Assembly: GCA_030141605.1 (NCBI GenBank)
Contig: JAQGDQ010000001.1
Span: forward strand, 1,054,001-1,118,000
DNA from: Tubiluchus corallicola
Lineage: Eukaryota; Animalia; Priapulida
Length of the DNA stretch: 64,000 nt
Reading direction: 5' to 3'
Shown here: one piece after another, positions 12,919 through 25,036 of the stretch
Position numbering within the stretch: the first letter of the stretch is position 1
How the letters are laid out: every line of letters begins with the position of its first letter
Notes under the pieces: generated by a model
What the model was told of the DNA's origin: nothing
The model's database searches: none
What the model saw: only the letters and a program-made list of their open reading frames with translations
Position numbers and translations under genes: made by a program

Positions 12919-13525
12919 TGTTGCGTGCGACGTTGCAATCGTGCAAGGTTGTTGCGAGGTTACTTCAATGAAATATAAGCCACGGGTTCGAATAACCCAG
13001 CGCTCGTTCCACCCGATCGTACTGGAACAGATACGTGTAGTGTGTGCGGCAAATCACACAAGGAGGGCTACTTGACAGACAAGAGAAGATTGGGACAACT
13101 TGAGAAGTTCAGCGTAGACATCTTTCTGCGTTCCTAGGATAGTCTAGGCACTGGACAACGAGAGTCTCATATCAACTATTGGAGTTGACCAAATTGTACT
13201 GGGTACATTGTGGTCAAATCCGCAGAGTTAAGTAATCTTAACATATTGGTAAACTGAGAATTAACTGTGCATATCTGTAGTTCGCATAAGTTCACATTGT
13301 ACTATAGGGTAAGTGTAAAGTGTACACCTTAGGTGATAGAATTGAAGAATTGTTCAGAGAGATACTTTTGGAAGCTATAAACTAGTTGTACGCGTCAAAA
13401 GCGCATAAGAACTAATCTTGTAAGCTATCTAGAAGCAGTAATTATTGTAAATCAATAAAGTAATTCTCTTTGACATTTAACGATTGAGTTAATGTATGTT
13501 ATCAGAGTGTTTAACTCAAGCAACA
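12919..13525 (+). mobile_element. Solo-LTR-like segment
   Basis: 607 bp bounded by inverted TGTTGC...GCAACA, with AATAAA about 70 nt before the end. No clear TSD, PBS or PPT. Confidence 0.4.
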
Positions 13526-13837
13526 CTATTTCCGATATACGAATCTGATTAGTTCGCTTTGAATTATCTAGCGCTCATATTGCGGGAGCGTGCTAGGAAA
13601 CTTGAGGGAAATAGACCTTTTCTCACAACGCGAAGGTCAAGGTGAAGTTTAGATAAGACGATCATTGCTTGCTAGACTAAAATCTAAAGCCCTCGGAGTC
13701 AGGTGAAGAATTCACCTTATAGCAATTAGAAATTAAGCGGACATATTAAATTCAATCTATACGATATATAGATTTAAGTCACCTTACACTATACGATCAA
13801 GATTAACGGAAACAATAGGCATTTAAAATAAGAAGGT

Positions 13838-14060
13838 GATAACTGCTGTGGATTTGTGCCTCGAGGTAATTTGCAATGATGATCTGGAGCTAGTCCGAGA
13901 AAAGAAACACCCAGTGCGCTCCATGAGGCTATGAAAACGTAATAAACTACGTGGAAAAAGACGAGTAACTGTGTGCGACCATATCGCCCAAAATATTCGA
14001 ACGCATCGTCTACATAAATTTCGTCTTTCATTTTCAGTTCCTCCACTATTTCTATTGACT
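13838..14060 (-). pseudogene. Orphan, frameshifted and truncated paralogous copy of the SLC22 N-terminal exon
   Basis: EELKMKDEIYVDDAFEYFGRYGRTQLLVFFHV...LGLAPDHHCKLPRGTNP aligns with ELK...VDEVFEHFGSHSRAQLLVFLHV...IGATPDHHCRVPPGVDP. The match continues as TAVI (vs TDVI) only after a 1-nt shift, then stops. The acceptor tttctag is at 14061-14062. Confidence 0.8.
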
Positions 14061-14139
14061 CTAGAAATAAAGTAAACTTGTTGCATCAACGTTCTCTGAA
14101 TCTTCGTCTTCGTCTCAGTCGTCATCGTCGTCGTCGTCG

Positions 14140-14170
<31 letters not shown>

Positions 14171-15321
14171 CGCTCGCACTACTACCTACAATAATATAAT
14201 ATGCATGTAAATTGATAAGTGCCAGCAGCTGGAGGACATTTAGAAAGTTGAAGATGGAACCACTTTCGAATTGTACAGATCCATTTTTTTTAAATTAACA
14301 CACTCGTACAGCTAACTTTTTTTACGTGAAGGATGTCATTTAGTACTTCGGTCATTTACAAACTCAAAAAGCTTTTGCTTATCAGGTGCTAATCACTTCC
14401 AGAAAATGTCTGTCTAAAATTTCAGTTTCCAGCACCAATGAATTTTTAATGAGAGCAATGTTTGTTAGATATCCATTTACCCAAATTTCATTTACTTGAT
14501 GTGAATATTTTGCCCAGTGTTATATAATTTATCTGACACAGTTGGATTAATGCGTGCAAAAATTAACTTTACTGTAAAAAAAAGTTGACAATTTTTCGTT
14601 ACATTTGGAAACACTTCTCTATGTTTCAAATTGACCAACAGGGACAAAAACACCAGTAAGTAAAAAAGTTCTTCCAAGCAGGATGAGTATCAAAACTAAC
14701 ATCATGATGCGGTTCATCATCGGATTACTGTCAATAAAATATTAACTGCTTTAAATTTGCGTGCACTGTAGATCTCTCTTTCACAGGAATTCAGTATGAA
14801 AGATAAACAAAGTCCAGCAGACAGCTCCAACTCAATATTCATTGGCTTCACTAAGCTAACCTGCTCAACAACAATGAAATGGGTAGTAAGACTTATTATG
14901 CAAAACGAACTGCAAATTGCAAAATGTAAAACGCGAAGGAAACTGCAAAAACCTCTGGAGTGTGGAAAGACGCTATGGACATAGACATTATATGCATCAG
15001 CAGTCAGTGTGTCACTCCAAATTAGCATCACGTCATACATCAGACTGTGAAATCTCTCTCAGCATTTTATTCTTTTATCAAGCATCATTGCACAAATAAA
15101 CAGAAAAGCATTTGCAAAGCAAAATGCCTAAAGTCTTACAGTAAAGTCCAATGGAAGATGTTTCCTTAATTCTTTTTATACGGGAATTGCGTTTGAAAAC
15201 TGACTTGTACTTAAATGGCACATCTTAGCTTTTTAAACAATGAAAGGAGTTACAAAATAAAATAACACATAAGAAAACTCAATACAAAAGATATCACATG
15301 CCGCAATAATGCTCTCTCCAT

Positions 15322-15343
15322 CTCCCTCCCCTCTCTCTCTCTC

Positions 15344-15425
<82 letters not shown>

Positions 15426-15440
15426 CCCTCTCTCTCTCTC

Positions 15441-15529
<89 letters not shown>
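15322..15529. repeat. (CT)n microsatellite
   Basis: Read directly. Other (CT)n tracts at 29912-30014, 34699-34726 and 43908-44055 (the last with (CTGT)n). Confidence 0.97.
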
Positions 15530-15531
<2 letters not shown>

Positions 15532-16115
15532 AAAACGTATTCCTGAAAACAAGCAAGCCGAAGAATTTCTGCACCGCGTTTGCATCCGAGCACCAACGCA
15601 CAGACGAGCACCAGCATCTAATTACCCACTACACTGATATAACTGTAACGGGTGAGAAATTAAAAACCAAACATGACGCATCATTTCTGGTAGTATGTCA
15701 TGGGAATGACGAATCGGACCAAGTAATGGAGCCTGAGCTCTGGCCTACTGGAACGCTTGTAAAGCCATTCTATGCGCCTCAATCTGGGAACATACGTAAA
15801 GATAACAAAGTGGCCGCAAAAGATGCTTTCAGATCATCTATTCTCTTATATTAATATTCTTGGTATATATATAAGATTCGAGGCTACAGCCCGGACGAGG
15901 GCACCATTTGCGGCGATCTATATATCAAACGAAAGGTCTCGATCTAGTGTCGTGCCATTGGTGGTTTATTTTTCGAATCGGGCCCAACGGGAGGAACGTA
16001 GTGATCAACCTAGTGACACAAATGATACGACAGATGATGAAGAAGAATCAAACGATAATTAATGAAATTAAAATAGTAAGTTATAACTGCAACAGGGTTC
16101 AATGTACACAACGTT
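15530..16115 (+). mobile_element. LINE ORF1 C-terminus / start of ORF2 endonuclease remnant (CR1/L2-like)
   Basis: KLKTKHDASFLV...MEPELWPTGTLVKPF matches the ORF1 tail 'KL.tky..yaSF.v....p..WP.G..vr.F'. IKIVSYNCN resembles the APE N-terminus 'lkI.SyNc.G'. Confidence 0.65.
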
Positions 16116-17049
16116 GATGGCAGGTTTCTGATCATCAGTGAACGGGTGGATGTGATTTGATTTAAACGCCAGTCATTGGGTTTAATTCAGCGAAGAATTG
16201 TTGATACAGCTTCAATAATCTTAATCTGTAATTCCTTTAAGAATTTCGATTGGTTGGTTTCATTAAAATTACTTTATGTATAGTTAATTTTCTTTTGCCT
16301 CGATGTTCTTTAACATAGGTATAGAGTGCGCTCTTATACTTTGTATATGTTCTGGTTTTCTCGTGTGAATATCTTACAAGTGTAAAATTTACCCATGTAA
16401 AATTCCTAATCATTTCATATAACTACCATGTATTTCGGGAAAAGTGTGAAATATTTTTTTGCTACGTCACTTTCACACTTTACCTAGACATTAAGTGTAA
16501 TAGCTAGGATCTGTATGTAATGCGCAAAGTATAAAATGAACATAATTCGCATTAAATCCAAACTTTCCTAGATTTTTTGCACAATACCTAGGTATTGTAT
16601 AGAATGCCTAAAACGGCTTAGTCAATGTAGCAATTAGGTAATGAGATCAAAAAAGCAGGTGAGTTAAATTGTTTAAGGAAGGCAGGGTGATTTTTCATAT
16701 AATAACCCTTTTCAAGGCCGATCTTAACACGATTAATACTGCAAAAGCGTTTTTGATAATTAAATAATAGATTTTAAAAAATCTTAATTAACGGCGGGCG
16801 AGCCCAACTATTGATGACATCACAAACTACATAATTTTCAACAGCAAAAATATTTCACGAGCGTGTTGCACGTGTTTGCGAAAGCGAAAATTGAAGTTCA
16901 GTGCAACTGTAAGGTATTCAGTGTGTTGTATTAAAACTGTGCATGTTTTAAGATAAAAATTCAAATTTCAAATTTACCGCTCTGCACACACATGAGTTGT
17001 CGAACGTGTGTAATTCGTCAGAAACTAACACATCTGAACTGAGAGGTAC

Positions 17050-17280
17050 AACACCTGTTTTTGTGTAAAGCGTTTCCGAAATGCAGGCGCTAATGCCCGT
17101 CTAACTAGCGAATGGCGAAATGCATGTAACAGTGAAAAACGTGTTGCCCGAACGCGAAATTGTATTTGTGTGGTAATAATTCTTTCACGTAAGTCATTTT
17201 TGAAAAAATAGTGTGTTCCCTTTCAATATTTTAAAGAGTAGATTGTTTTGATCTGCAGTTTAAGATTGGGTCCGGTTTTG
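17050..17280 (+). repeat. Dispersed repeat (probable DNA-transposon fragment), second copy at about 55520-55760
   Basis: Both loci share ttccgaa.tgcaggc...ctagcgaatggc.aaatgcatgtaacagtgaa...ttctttcacgtaa.tcatt. Confidence 0.75.
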
Positions 17281-17544
17281 CTTTAATTGTTTCATTGATG
17301 TTCTAAAAAAACTTATAGAAAATAAAAATGTCACCAAATGGCAACAAGTAAATAACATAGTAGTCGAAATTTAGGATAATAATGGGATTGCACAATCGAT
17401 ATGTTTGTCACAAAGTGTGTCTAGCAGTGCACTTTCTAGCAGCATTTCCTTCTTTTACAGGTGCTGTATGATTGCTTTTCTGTTAGAACGATCGTAACAT
17501 CATACTCCATAGACAATAATGAAACGGCTATTTTTCGCCCTGAC

Positions 17545-17736
<192 letters not shown>

Positions 17737-17980
17737 TAATTGAATATTTAAAATGCATTAACATTAAAAATGGACAAATACATTTTTACATACCTAAAAT
17801 ATTAACACATAAATAGTACATGGTACATACACAATAGGCTATCATAAATAAAACTAAAATCGTATTACATGTATATAACAATAAGCCGTAATTAAATCCA
17901 TAATAAAATTTCTAATTCATTAAAAAGGCTTCTTTATAAAAATAAGTTTTAAGGAATGATTAATTAAAGATATAAATTAA

Positions 17981-17981
<1 letters not shown>

Positions 17982-18055
<74 letters not shown>

Positions 18056-18082
18056 CGTGCGTGCGTACGTGTGTGCGTGCGT
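17982..18082. repeat. (GT)n microsatellite
   Basis: Read directly, trailing into GCGT units. Confidence 0.97.
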
Positions 18083-21067
18083 CATGGAGTATAGTTATGT
18101 GTTTCTGCATCCATCCTGGATGAAACACAAGTAGAATAGGACTACATATACCTTTGGATCTGGCATGTTCTTTTTCCTCAATTAATATTAGGAAATCACG
18201 GGAGGCGTTTACAATTGTCATGTTCCGGTTTTTCGTAAAACTTCAGAATGAGCGTAGTTAGGTCAGATCCATTCATGCATTAGAAAAAAAATCCCAACAG
18301 TGTAAACCACGTATAGGGCTGATCCATTTAACGTGCGAAATCCATTTTAAAAGCATATTTGGGGGCCGTATGGGGAATGTGAAAATCCCCCGTATTAGGC
18401 CGTATTGGGAATGTGCAATGATCCGCAGTATCTTCATGGAAAATTTAAGCTTTCTACAATAAAAACTGGCCCCAACAATGACTTGTGATAGCTTTCAAAG
18501 ATAAATGTGACAACAACACCAACAACAACATAATTAAACTTTAAGGCACTTCGTACCGAATCCAAAGGCACAACACTTCTACTGCAGGCAACATGCGAAT
18601 GAAGTAATCACGTTGTCTAAGCGTTTACTTGAAATCTATCTACTTCTATCTACTTCTATCTACTTACTTGACAAACAAATTTGCAAGTACATAAAATATG
18701 AGTTATTTCGCACATTCTCTGGAACAAAATTGGCTTGATATAAAATGCCTAGGAAAATTTCATCGAAAGTATTGACCATTTGTTTTACTTTCACATTACC
18801 TAAAATTTGACCAACATATTATAAAATGTCTAGAAAAATATATCCGAAACAAAAGAATTGCACGCTTTACCTGGCTTGCTTTGCCACTTTATAAAATGCC
18901 CGGTGTCGCACTTCCCTGTAATTTCTATCTAGTAAATTTTTGTCTAGTATCTAGGACTTTCCTCTGGTAATTTTCCATCTTCCATCAAAATAGTAGTGCG
19001 TATCTTTGAGGTGTCACAAGCCGTCTGACTTGCCTCTTGCATTGTTATGTAATAGCTTTAAGTAACGTTCTACATTTTTGCATAGTAGTTTCATGCTGAT
19101 TTTTGGCGTCTCTTAATTTCGTCTTTACATGGATTCTTTGCTCCTTCAATAGGTTCTAGTTGTATTAACATGTGAATTTCTCGCACGCAGGTTTTTTGAC
19201 ATTGAATTTTTGTCTGTCGTCTCTTTCTCGTTACCGCTGACATTCTTTTACTGCTTTTTTCTTGTTTTTTATACACGGGAAATGTTGTTACCAGTTAAGC
19301 TTGATTGTTTGATGACTACCAGGCTAGTTTACAAATCGGTAGATCTGATGATACCATAAATTTCCATCTCACTGAGGAATTTTCTAATTTTAGAAAAACT
19401 ACTTACTTACTTTGTAAAACCTCATTTTGGTTAGATTCCAACTATGCGATTGATTCATTCATTAAAATTTCTTTCCTTTATACAATGATTCATTCACTCA
19501 TTCATTTATTCATTTATTAGTATTCATTTAATCATTTACAAGATTTGAAATAGCAGGAGGAGTTTGAATAAATAATCCGTTCTTTACTAGAGGCTATATT
19601 TTTCAAAATTAATAGCTTTTAGAATTACTGTTTACTTACTATTCTCAAATAAAAGACCAAATACTATCCAAAAAATACTGGTTTATTTCTCAGTAATTAA
19701 TACGCGTGCCATATTTATATTTTTATGCCCACAGTTTAATCTTGCTAAACCGGAGAAATTATTAGAACAATTGGAGTTGAAGTTTAGTATTTAAAGCATC
19801 AAATGACAAACAGTAATCGTGACATCATGTTATGTTATTCATTCATGCATAAATATATTCACGCATTCATTTATTGTGTGTATTTTCGCAAAAAATGATA
19901 AAATTGGACTCCGAGTTCTTGCGACTACCCGAACGTACTTGCAATTGTTTAAACAACATTATTTTTATGGACTTCTCTCGCGCGGCAGCAATAAACAAAC
20001 ACTATGTCTACGATTACCACACTATTTTGCACAACAGATCCGTTTTAAAAGATAATCTGGTTTGACACAAGCTGCATAATCTAAATGCGTCTCTGGTCAA
20101 ATCGTCATATCTATTTGTTTCAAAAATGCATTCGCACTAAAATGTTAATACAACTGGCATAAACCTTCTGTGCACTTTATGCTAATTGAGATAAAACATC
20201 AATTATAAAACCTGTTTGTGTCAAAATATAAACCAGAAATATGCCTTATCAATCAGTATTCGAGTCAGCCAATGTAAACTGAGAGCAGGATTGGTTAAAA
20301 AGCCTTTGGCATTAAAACTAGGCGCAGTTAGACTAACTTAGCTAAGTTGTAAAAGCTAATACAATTTTATTACTGTATTACTAATTAACATAATTATGAT
20401 GTGAGAGGTAGCTGCAGGCCATGTCTTCGGCTCTATACCACAATCTAGAATGTATCAAGGTCCTAACAAAAAGCCATATATTAATAAAAATTGAGACGAA
20501 TTTATTTAAGGCCTATATAAAAATTCAGTGTTAGGAAACTATCTTAAGCGATTCAGAATGCACGATTTTTGTCAAGAAAGCTGGTGTTACATTTTTTCAA
20601 TTAGCTCACAAAATCAGCAAACGGAATTTAGGTAAAAATGACACAGGTAAAAATAGTACAGGAAAAAAATGGTACATGTGTAAGATTAAAATACACTCAA
20701 TAGGAAGCAGACCTCTATCATGGCCGAGGAATCCGAAGACATGTTAGTCTGATTTTTTGTGACACAAAAAAAAACATAAAACAAAAATGAACAGACAAAC
20801 ATACAAAAATATACATACATAGAATTATATATAGATAATTAATTTATATATAGATTAGTAAAAACGTGGAAAAAGCTACAAAATATTTTGTCATGTAATA
20901 TAGAAATATAATGAACAGAGCATGTGCAACCTGCTTAGTGTTTGTGTACGATTCTTTGGTCCTTTTGGCATTGATAATATAGACTGACAGATAGGGCTAT
21001 AAAACTGAAGTTAGCGTATAAGGTTGTACATAAGCAAAAGTTATAGACAGCGTTACATAATTTTCCA

Positions 21068-21430
21068 AACAAGAACACCTCGGAAATAACTCGTAGTCAT
21101 TCGTCCTGACGGTAGTATTTATTACCTTACCCCATCTTGTACGCTAGTAATTGCAGACAAGTTTCACCTCTTTGCAAAGAGCTCCAAAAACGTATTTTTG
21201 CGTAAGGTCTTTTAAGAAGTTTTGTGAAAAATGAGGAAAACTTTCAATTGGGCAATTTTTTGCCTCTCCCCCGTCACCAAATTCCTCCTACTTAATGCTT
21301 ATCTTGCAAGTCATGCCCAACTTCTCCATTAATTTCGTGGAAATCTATTAAGTAGTCCTTCCGTAATCCTATTAGCAATCAAACCAATAAATCGACGGCG
21401 ATGAAAACATAACTTCCTTGGCAGAGGTAA
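21068..21430. mobile_element. Helentron/HINE-like non-autonomous element nested in a MITE
   Basis: Starts aaacaaga and ends gaaaacataacttccttggcagaggtaa, a terminal palindrome type common in Helentron-associated elements. It lies between the inverted arms (20628-20680 'ggtaaaaa..acagg' and 21480-21600 'cctg....ttttt') of a subterminal-repeat MITE. Confidence 0.5.
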
Positions 21431-21657
21431 AAATAATTAAAATAAATATCTTTAAGAGTAATCATAACCCTAATTCACATTTTTGCCATTTTTCCCTATT
21501 TTTCCAGTTTTGTCCCTTCTTCCGGTGCTTTTCTTTCCTGGACCATTTAACAGTGCCTTTTTCCTGTACATTATTTACCTATGCCATTTTTAGCATACGT
21601 CAAACGACAAACTCACAATGGCGGGACTCACCCACATGCAAGCGGCAAGCAACAACA

Positions 21658-21779
21658 TCCACAAAGTGACTAAGATATTAGAAGGAGCCTGGCCAAGACT
21701 CGGATTTTGTCCTCCTTTCCACAAAGTGACTAAGATATTAGAAGGAGCCTGGCCAAGACTCGGATTTTGTCCTCCTTTC
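21658..21779. repeat. Exact 60-bp tandem duplication
   Basis: tccacaaagtgactaagatattagaaggagcctggccaagactcggattttgtcctcctt occurs twice in tandem. Confidence 0.95.
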
Positions 21780-24102
21780 TCAAACCCGATCAGGAAGGTG
21801 AAATTCTAAAAGCTGGCATTGTTCATCCGTCCAAAGAAACAAACACACATAAATATGCTTGTCCTAAAGAAAAGTATATATAAACAAGAACCAGAGTGCA
21901 TTTACTCAGAGCAAAAGTAAAATTTCCTAAAAATCTAACCCTCTTACAACAAAAATAAGTTTCAATTCTCAATCTGCAATTTTCATCTCGCTTTCAATGG
22001 CTACTTAATAAAATTGATTTAAATAAAGTATAACTATCATACGAGTTAGACACATTTGTCAACTGTCTGGAAACACAAAATTTTATTTAAAGGCTTGGCA
22101 ATTTTCAAGCACGAGTAACCTAATTAAAGCCTGTACATCAGTGAAGCAGCTACTAAAGGACCTTTTCCGATCTTCACGTTTCGCGAGATAAAAGCAGCTA
22201 TAGAAAAACAAAGTAATACAAAGTAAACAAATCTATACAAATTACAAGTAATCCCTAAAGACTTTATTGTTTAATGTTGAACTCGGGGTCGAGAAGGTAG
22301 CTAATCACTGACATAATTATTTTTTCCTGAAACCAACGCGGAACTCTGCATGTTTGCATGTACGTCGCAAAACGACTGATAAATACATGTACCTGGGTTT
22401 GTGCTAACTGAATTCGTGGATTGCCAGAGCATCGCTAAAATAGTAGCACAGTCAGCTAAAGTAGTCGCACAGTTAGGGCCTTGGGCTTAGTAACAACTAA
22501 ATGTAAGGCTCACGGTGGACTTCCTTATTTTACCATTGCTTTTCGCAAATGTTTTGTGCATTGGTACAATCCATGATATCCTATGGAGCTGCAATATGGG
22601 GTCGAAGAGAGTTTTCATGCTTTAATGCTGCCTCATTTTATGATTAGTTTCTAACTAATATATTTGTACGGTAAATTAGGTAAGAGACTCGAATAAAATA
22701 ATAAAAAATCTAAAAATCTACTTTCAAAATCACACATGCAGTGTATTTACAGTGTAATGTCTATGCAGCAGTGGTAAGCCACGAGTAATTATGTATTATT
22801 GACTTCATTTCGGGCTGGCGCCTTCGCCAGAAGTAGCGCATTACGAGTTTAAATAAGTTTGCTTGGTTATCTCCAGGAGGCAGCACTGTTCAGTGTAAAA
22901 TTATTCATCGTATCATCAGTTTTTTACACATCAACCATTCAAATTAAAATTCTTAGCCTCAAAGTCTCACAATACAGTATTTGATAGTTGAAATTTTAAT
23001 TGTATTCGTTTTTTTTGGTTTTTGCTTTACAGATTCTCGATTTTGGAGCAAAAGGAGAGGTCGGCAGTAGAAAAAATAATGTTACTAAAAATTTGATGAA
23101 AAGTCGTCTTCTGAAATTTTTGTCGTCTGACACTTCCTTTCAATAAAAATTTTAATGAATGTAAATCACATACTATCACAAACCCTTTACAAAAGATATA
23201 AGTAGAAAACAAAGTTGTTATTAGCATTACCTAACCTACACATACGTGATGAACTACGACAGCATTTCATTAGATAATATCACCTGATTAGCTGAATAAT
23301 CCAAATCGAAATGGGTTTTAGTAAGTTTTTTTTTCAACAACATTCTACATGCGTGGAACAGCAGACAAACTTATTTGAAGTGGACTAGGCTTTTAATAAA
23401 GCGACGAAAAATAACAGTGTGATTGTTGTAATAAGATTTGTCTCACTTCAGTTACAAGTTAGTACATCATTTAAAAAAATACTTATTGAAAATATATAAG
23501 GATTTATATAGTTATAGCTGATTTATATAGCTAGAGTTAGTGCAAATAGTAAATAAATTGTGCACGATGTTTATAACCTCATTCACTACAAAATCACCCG
23601 CTTCGTTCATTGAACTCAATGACGCTACATAATAGAATAACGTTTTCAACTTCTGCGAGGTTATGGCTGCCATTCTATAACAAATCTACCGTAGACTAGT
23701 GTCACTGAACATTCAAATTCAGTATAATATACCTAATATGGTCAATTCTGTTCAGGTGTTCTAACTTAATAGCAATGTTCTTGCCCTGAATATCTATGTT
23801 TCGAACGTGAACAGGTAAATTGTTCAATAATGCTGTCGTCCTAGTTCGTGCACTGCAGCTTGCTTGGGGCTAATTCATTTTTTATTTAATAGTAGTAACA
23901 AGTTTGTGTTTTTCCCTGCGACTTTGCTACCGTTTGCCACTTGCGTTCATTCTGCATAATGTAAAAACATGTGTAAAATCTCTGAAAGTCGTCAAATTTT
24001 ATTCGTGAGAGGTGCTTAAAGGGCAGAATTTGAAAGAATCTATTTGAGGGAATAGTAATTGTGTTAATAGTATAATTTTTAAATTTTAGTTATAGTAGTT
24101 AT

Positions 24103-24222
<120 letters not shown>

Positions 24223-24777
24223 TTCCAGACACTAATAAATGGAATACCGTACATCTTCTTGACAACCTATTTTACTATTATTATTACATTTACTAGTGTG
24301 TTTAAAAATTTTCTAGAATTTTATGTAAAAAAATATAGTTAAAGAATATTATTCTAGCACACTGTGAGCCAGCTGTGTTAATTTTTGTCTGCCAGGACTA
24401 CTTATTCCAAAGATAAGCTTGAAATTGCAGGCATGCGCACATGGGTACCCGAAGTGTATTGATCTAGAGGTGTGAGTGGCTTCAGTCTATGACTACAGCA
24501 GATGATGTTGGTTTGCTTGCGCGGAGGCGTCTGATCACTCCTCGCCATAACGTTAGATCAATTAACGTTCAGATATTTTGCTTCTCTTACCTACGGATTC
24601 AAGTAGGCAGGTGATAGTAGAAAATCTCAGCATCTTCGTTTCATGGAAAAGGAAATTGCCTACTGCGAATTCGAACTTCGTCTTGGATGTCACTGTGATG
24701 CTTCCTTTGTGTGCACATACTAAATGTTCTCGTTCTTCTTATCAATGTTGTAAAGTGAATAACAACAACTCACTGGT

Positions 24778-25036
24778 ATGTGGACGTTAGAAACAACATT
24801 TGTTTTGCTGTTAGCTTTGACTGCACCTACTGTAACCTTCTCTGTGAATTCACAAAGTCATGCCAATAATGCCGAAGACATGAGCAATAAAGACACTGAA
24901 GATGTTCCCGAGAAAGTCAGAGAGGCCTGGAGCCAAGATGAATTTCCTAATCCACAAGAAAATGTGGAGGAATGCGGCAGGCAGGGAAGAATATCTTGGG
25001 TTTGTGATCCAAACGGCATAATTAAATACACTGAAG
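24778..25036 (+). CDS. TPM-domain / MOLO-1-like single-pass membrane protein, exon 1 (signal peptide + start of domain)
   Basis: ATG, hydrophobic signal peptide MWTLETTFVLLLALTAP..., then W...FPNP...CGR...SWVCDPNGII, characteristic of MOLO-1-type TPM domains. Donor GAAG|gtacaa. 259 nt, phase 1. Confidence 0.88.

Noticed and set aside
18871-18985. Possible first SLC22 coding exon (ATG GAA GAT... with a CAG|gtaaag donor on the minus strand)
   Set aside because: Both ATG frames hit stop codons before the donor. It could only be a non-coding exon, which is unsupported without transcripts.
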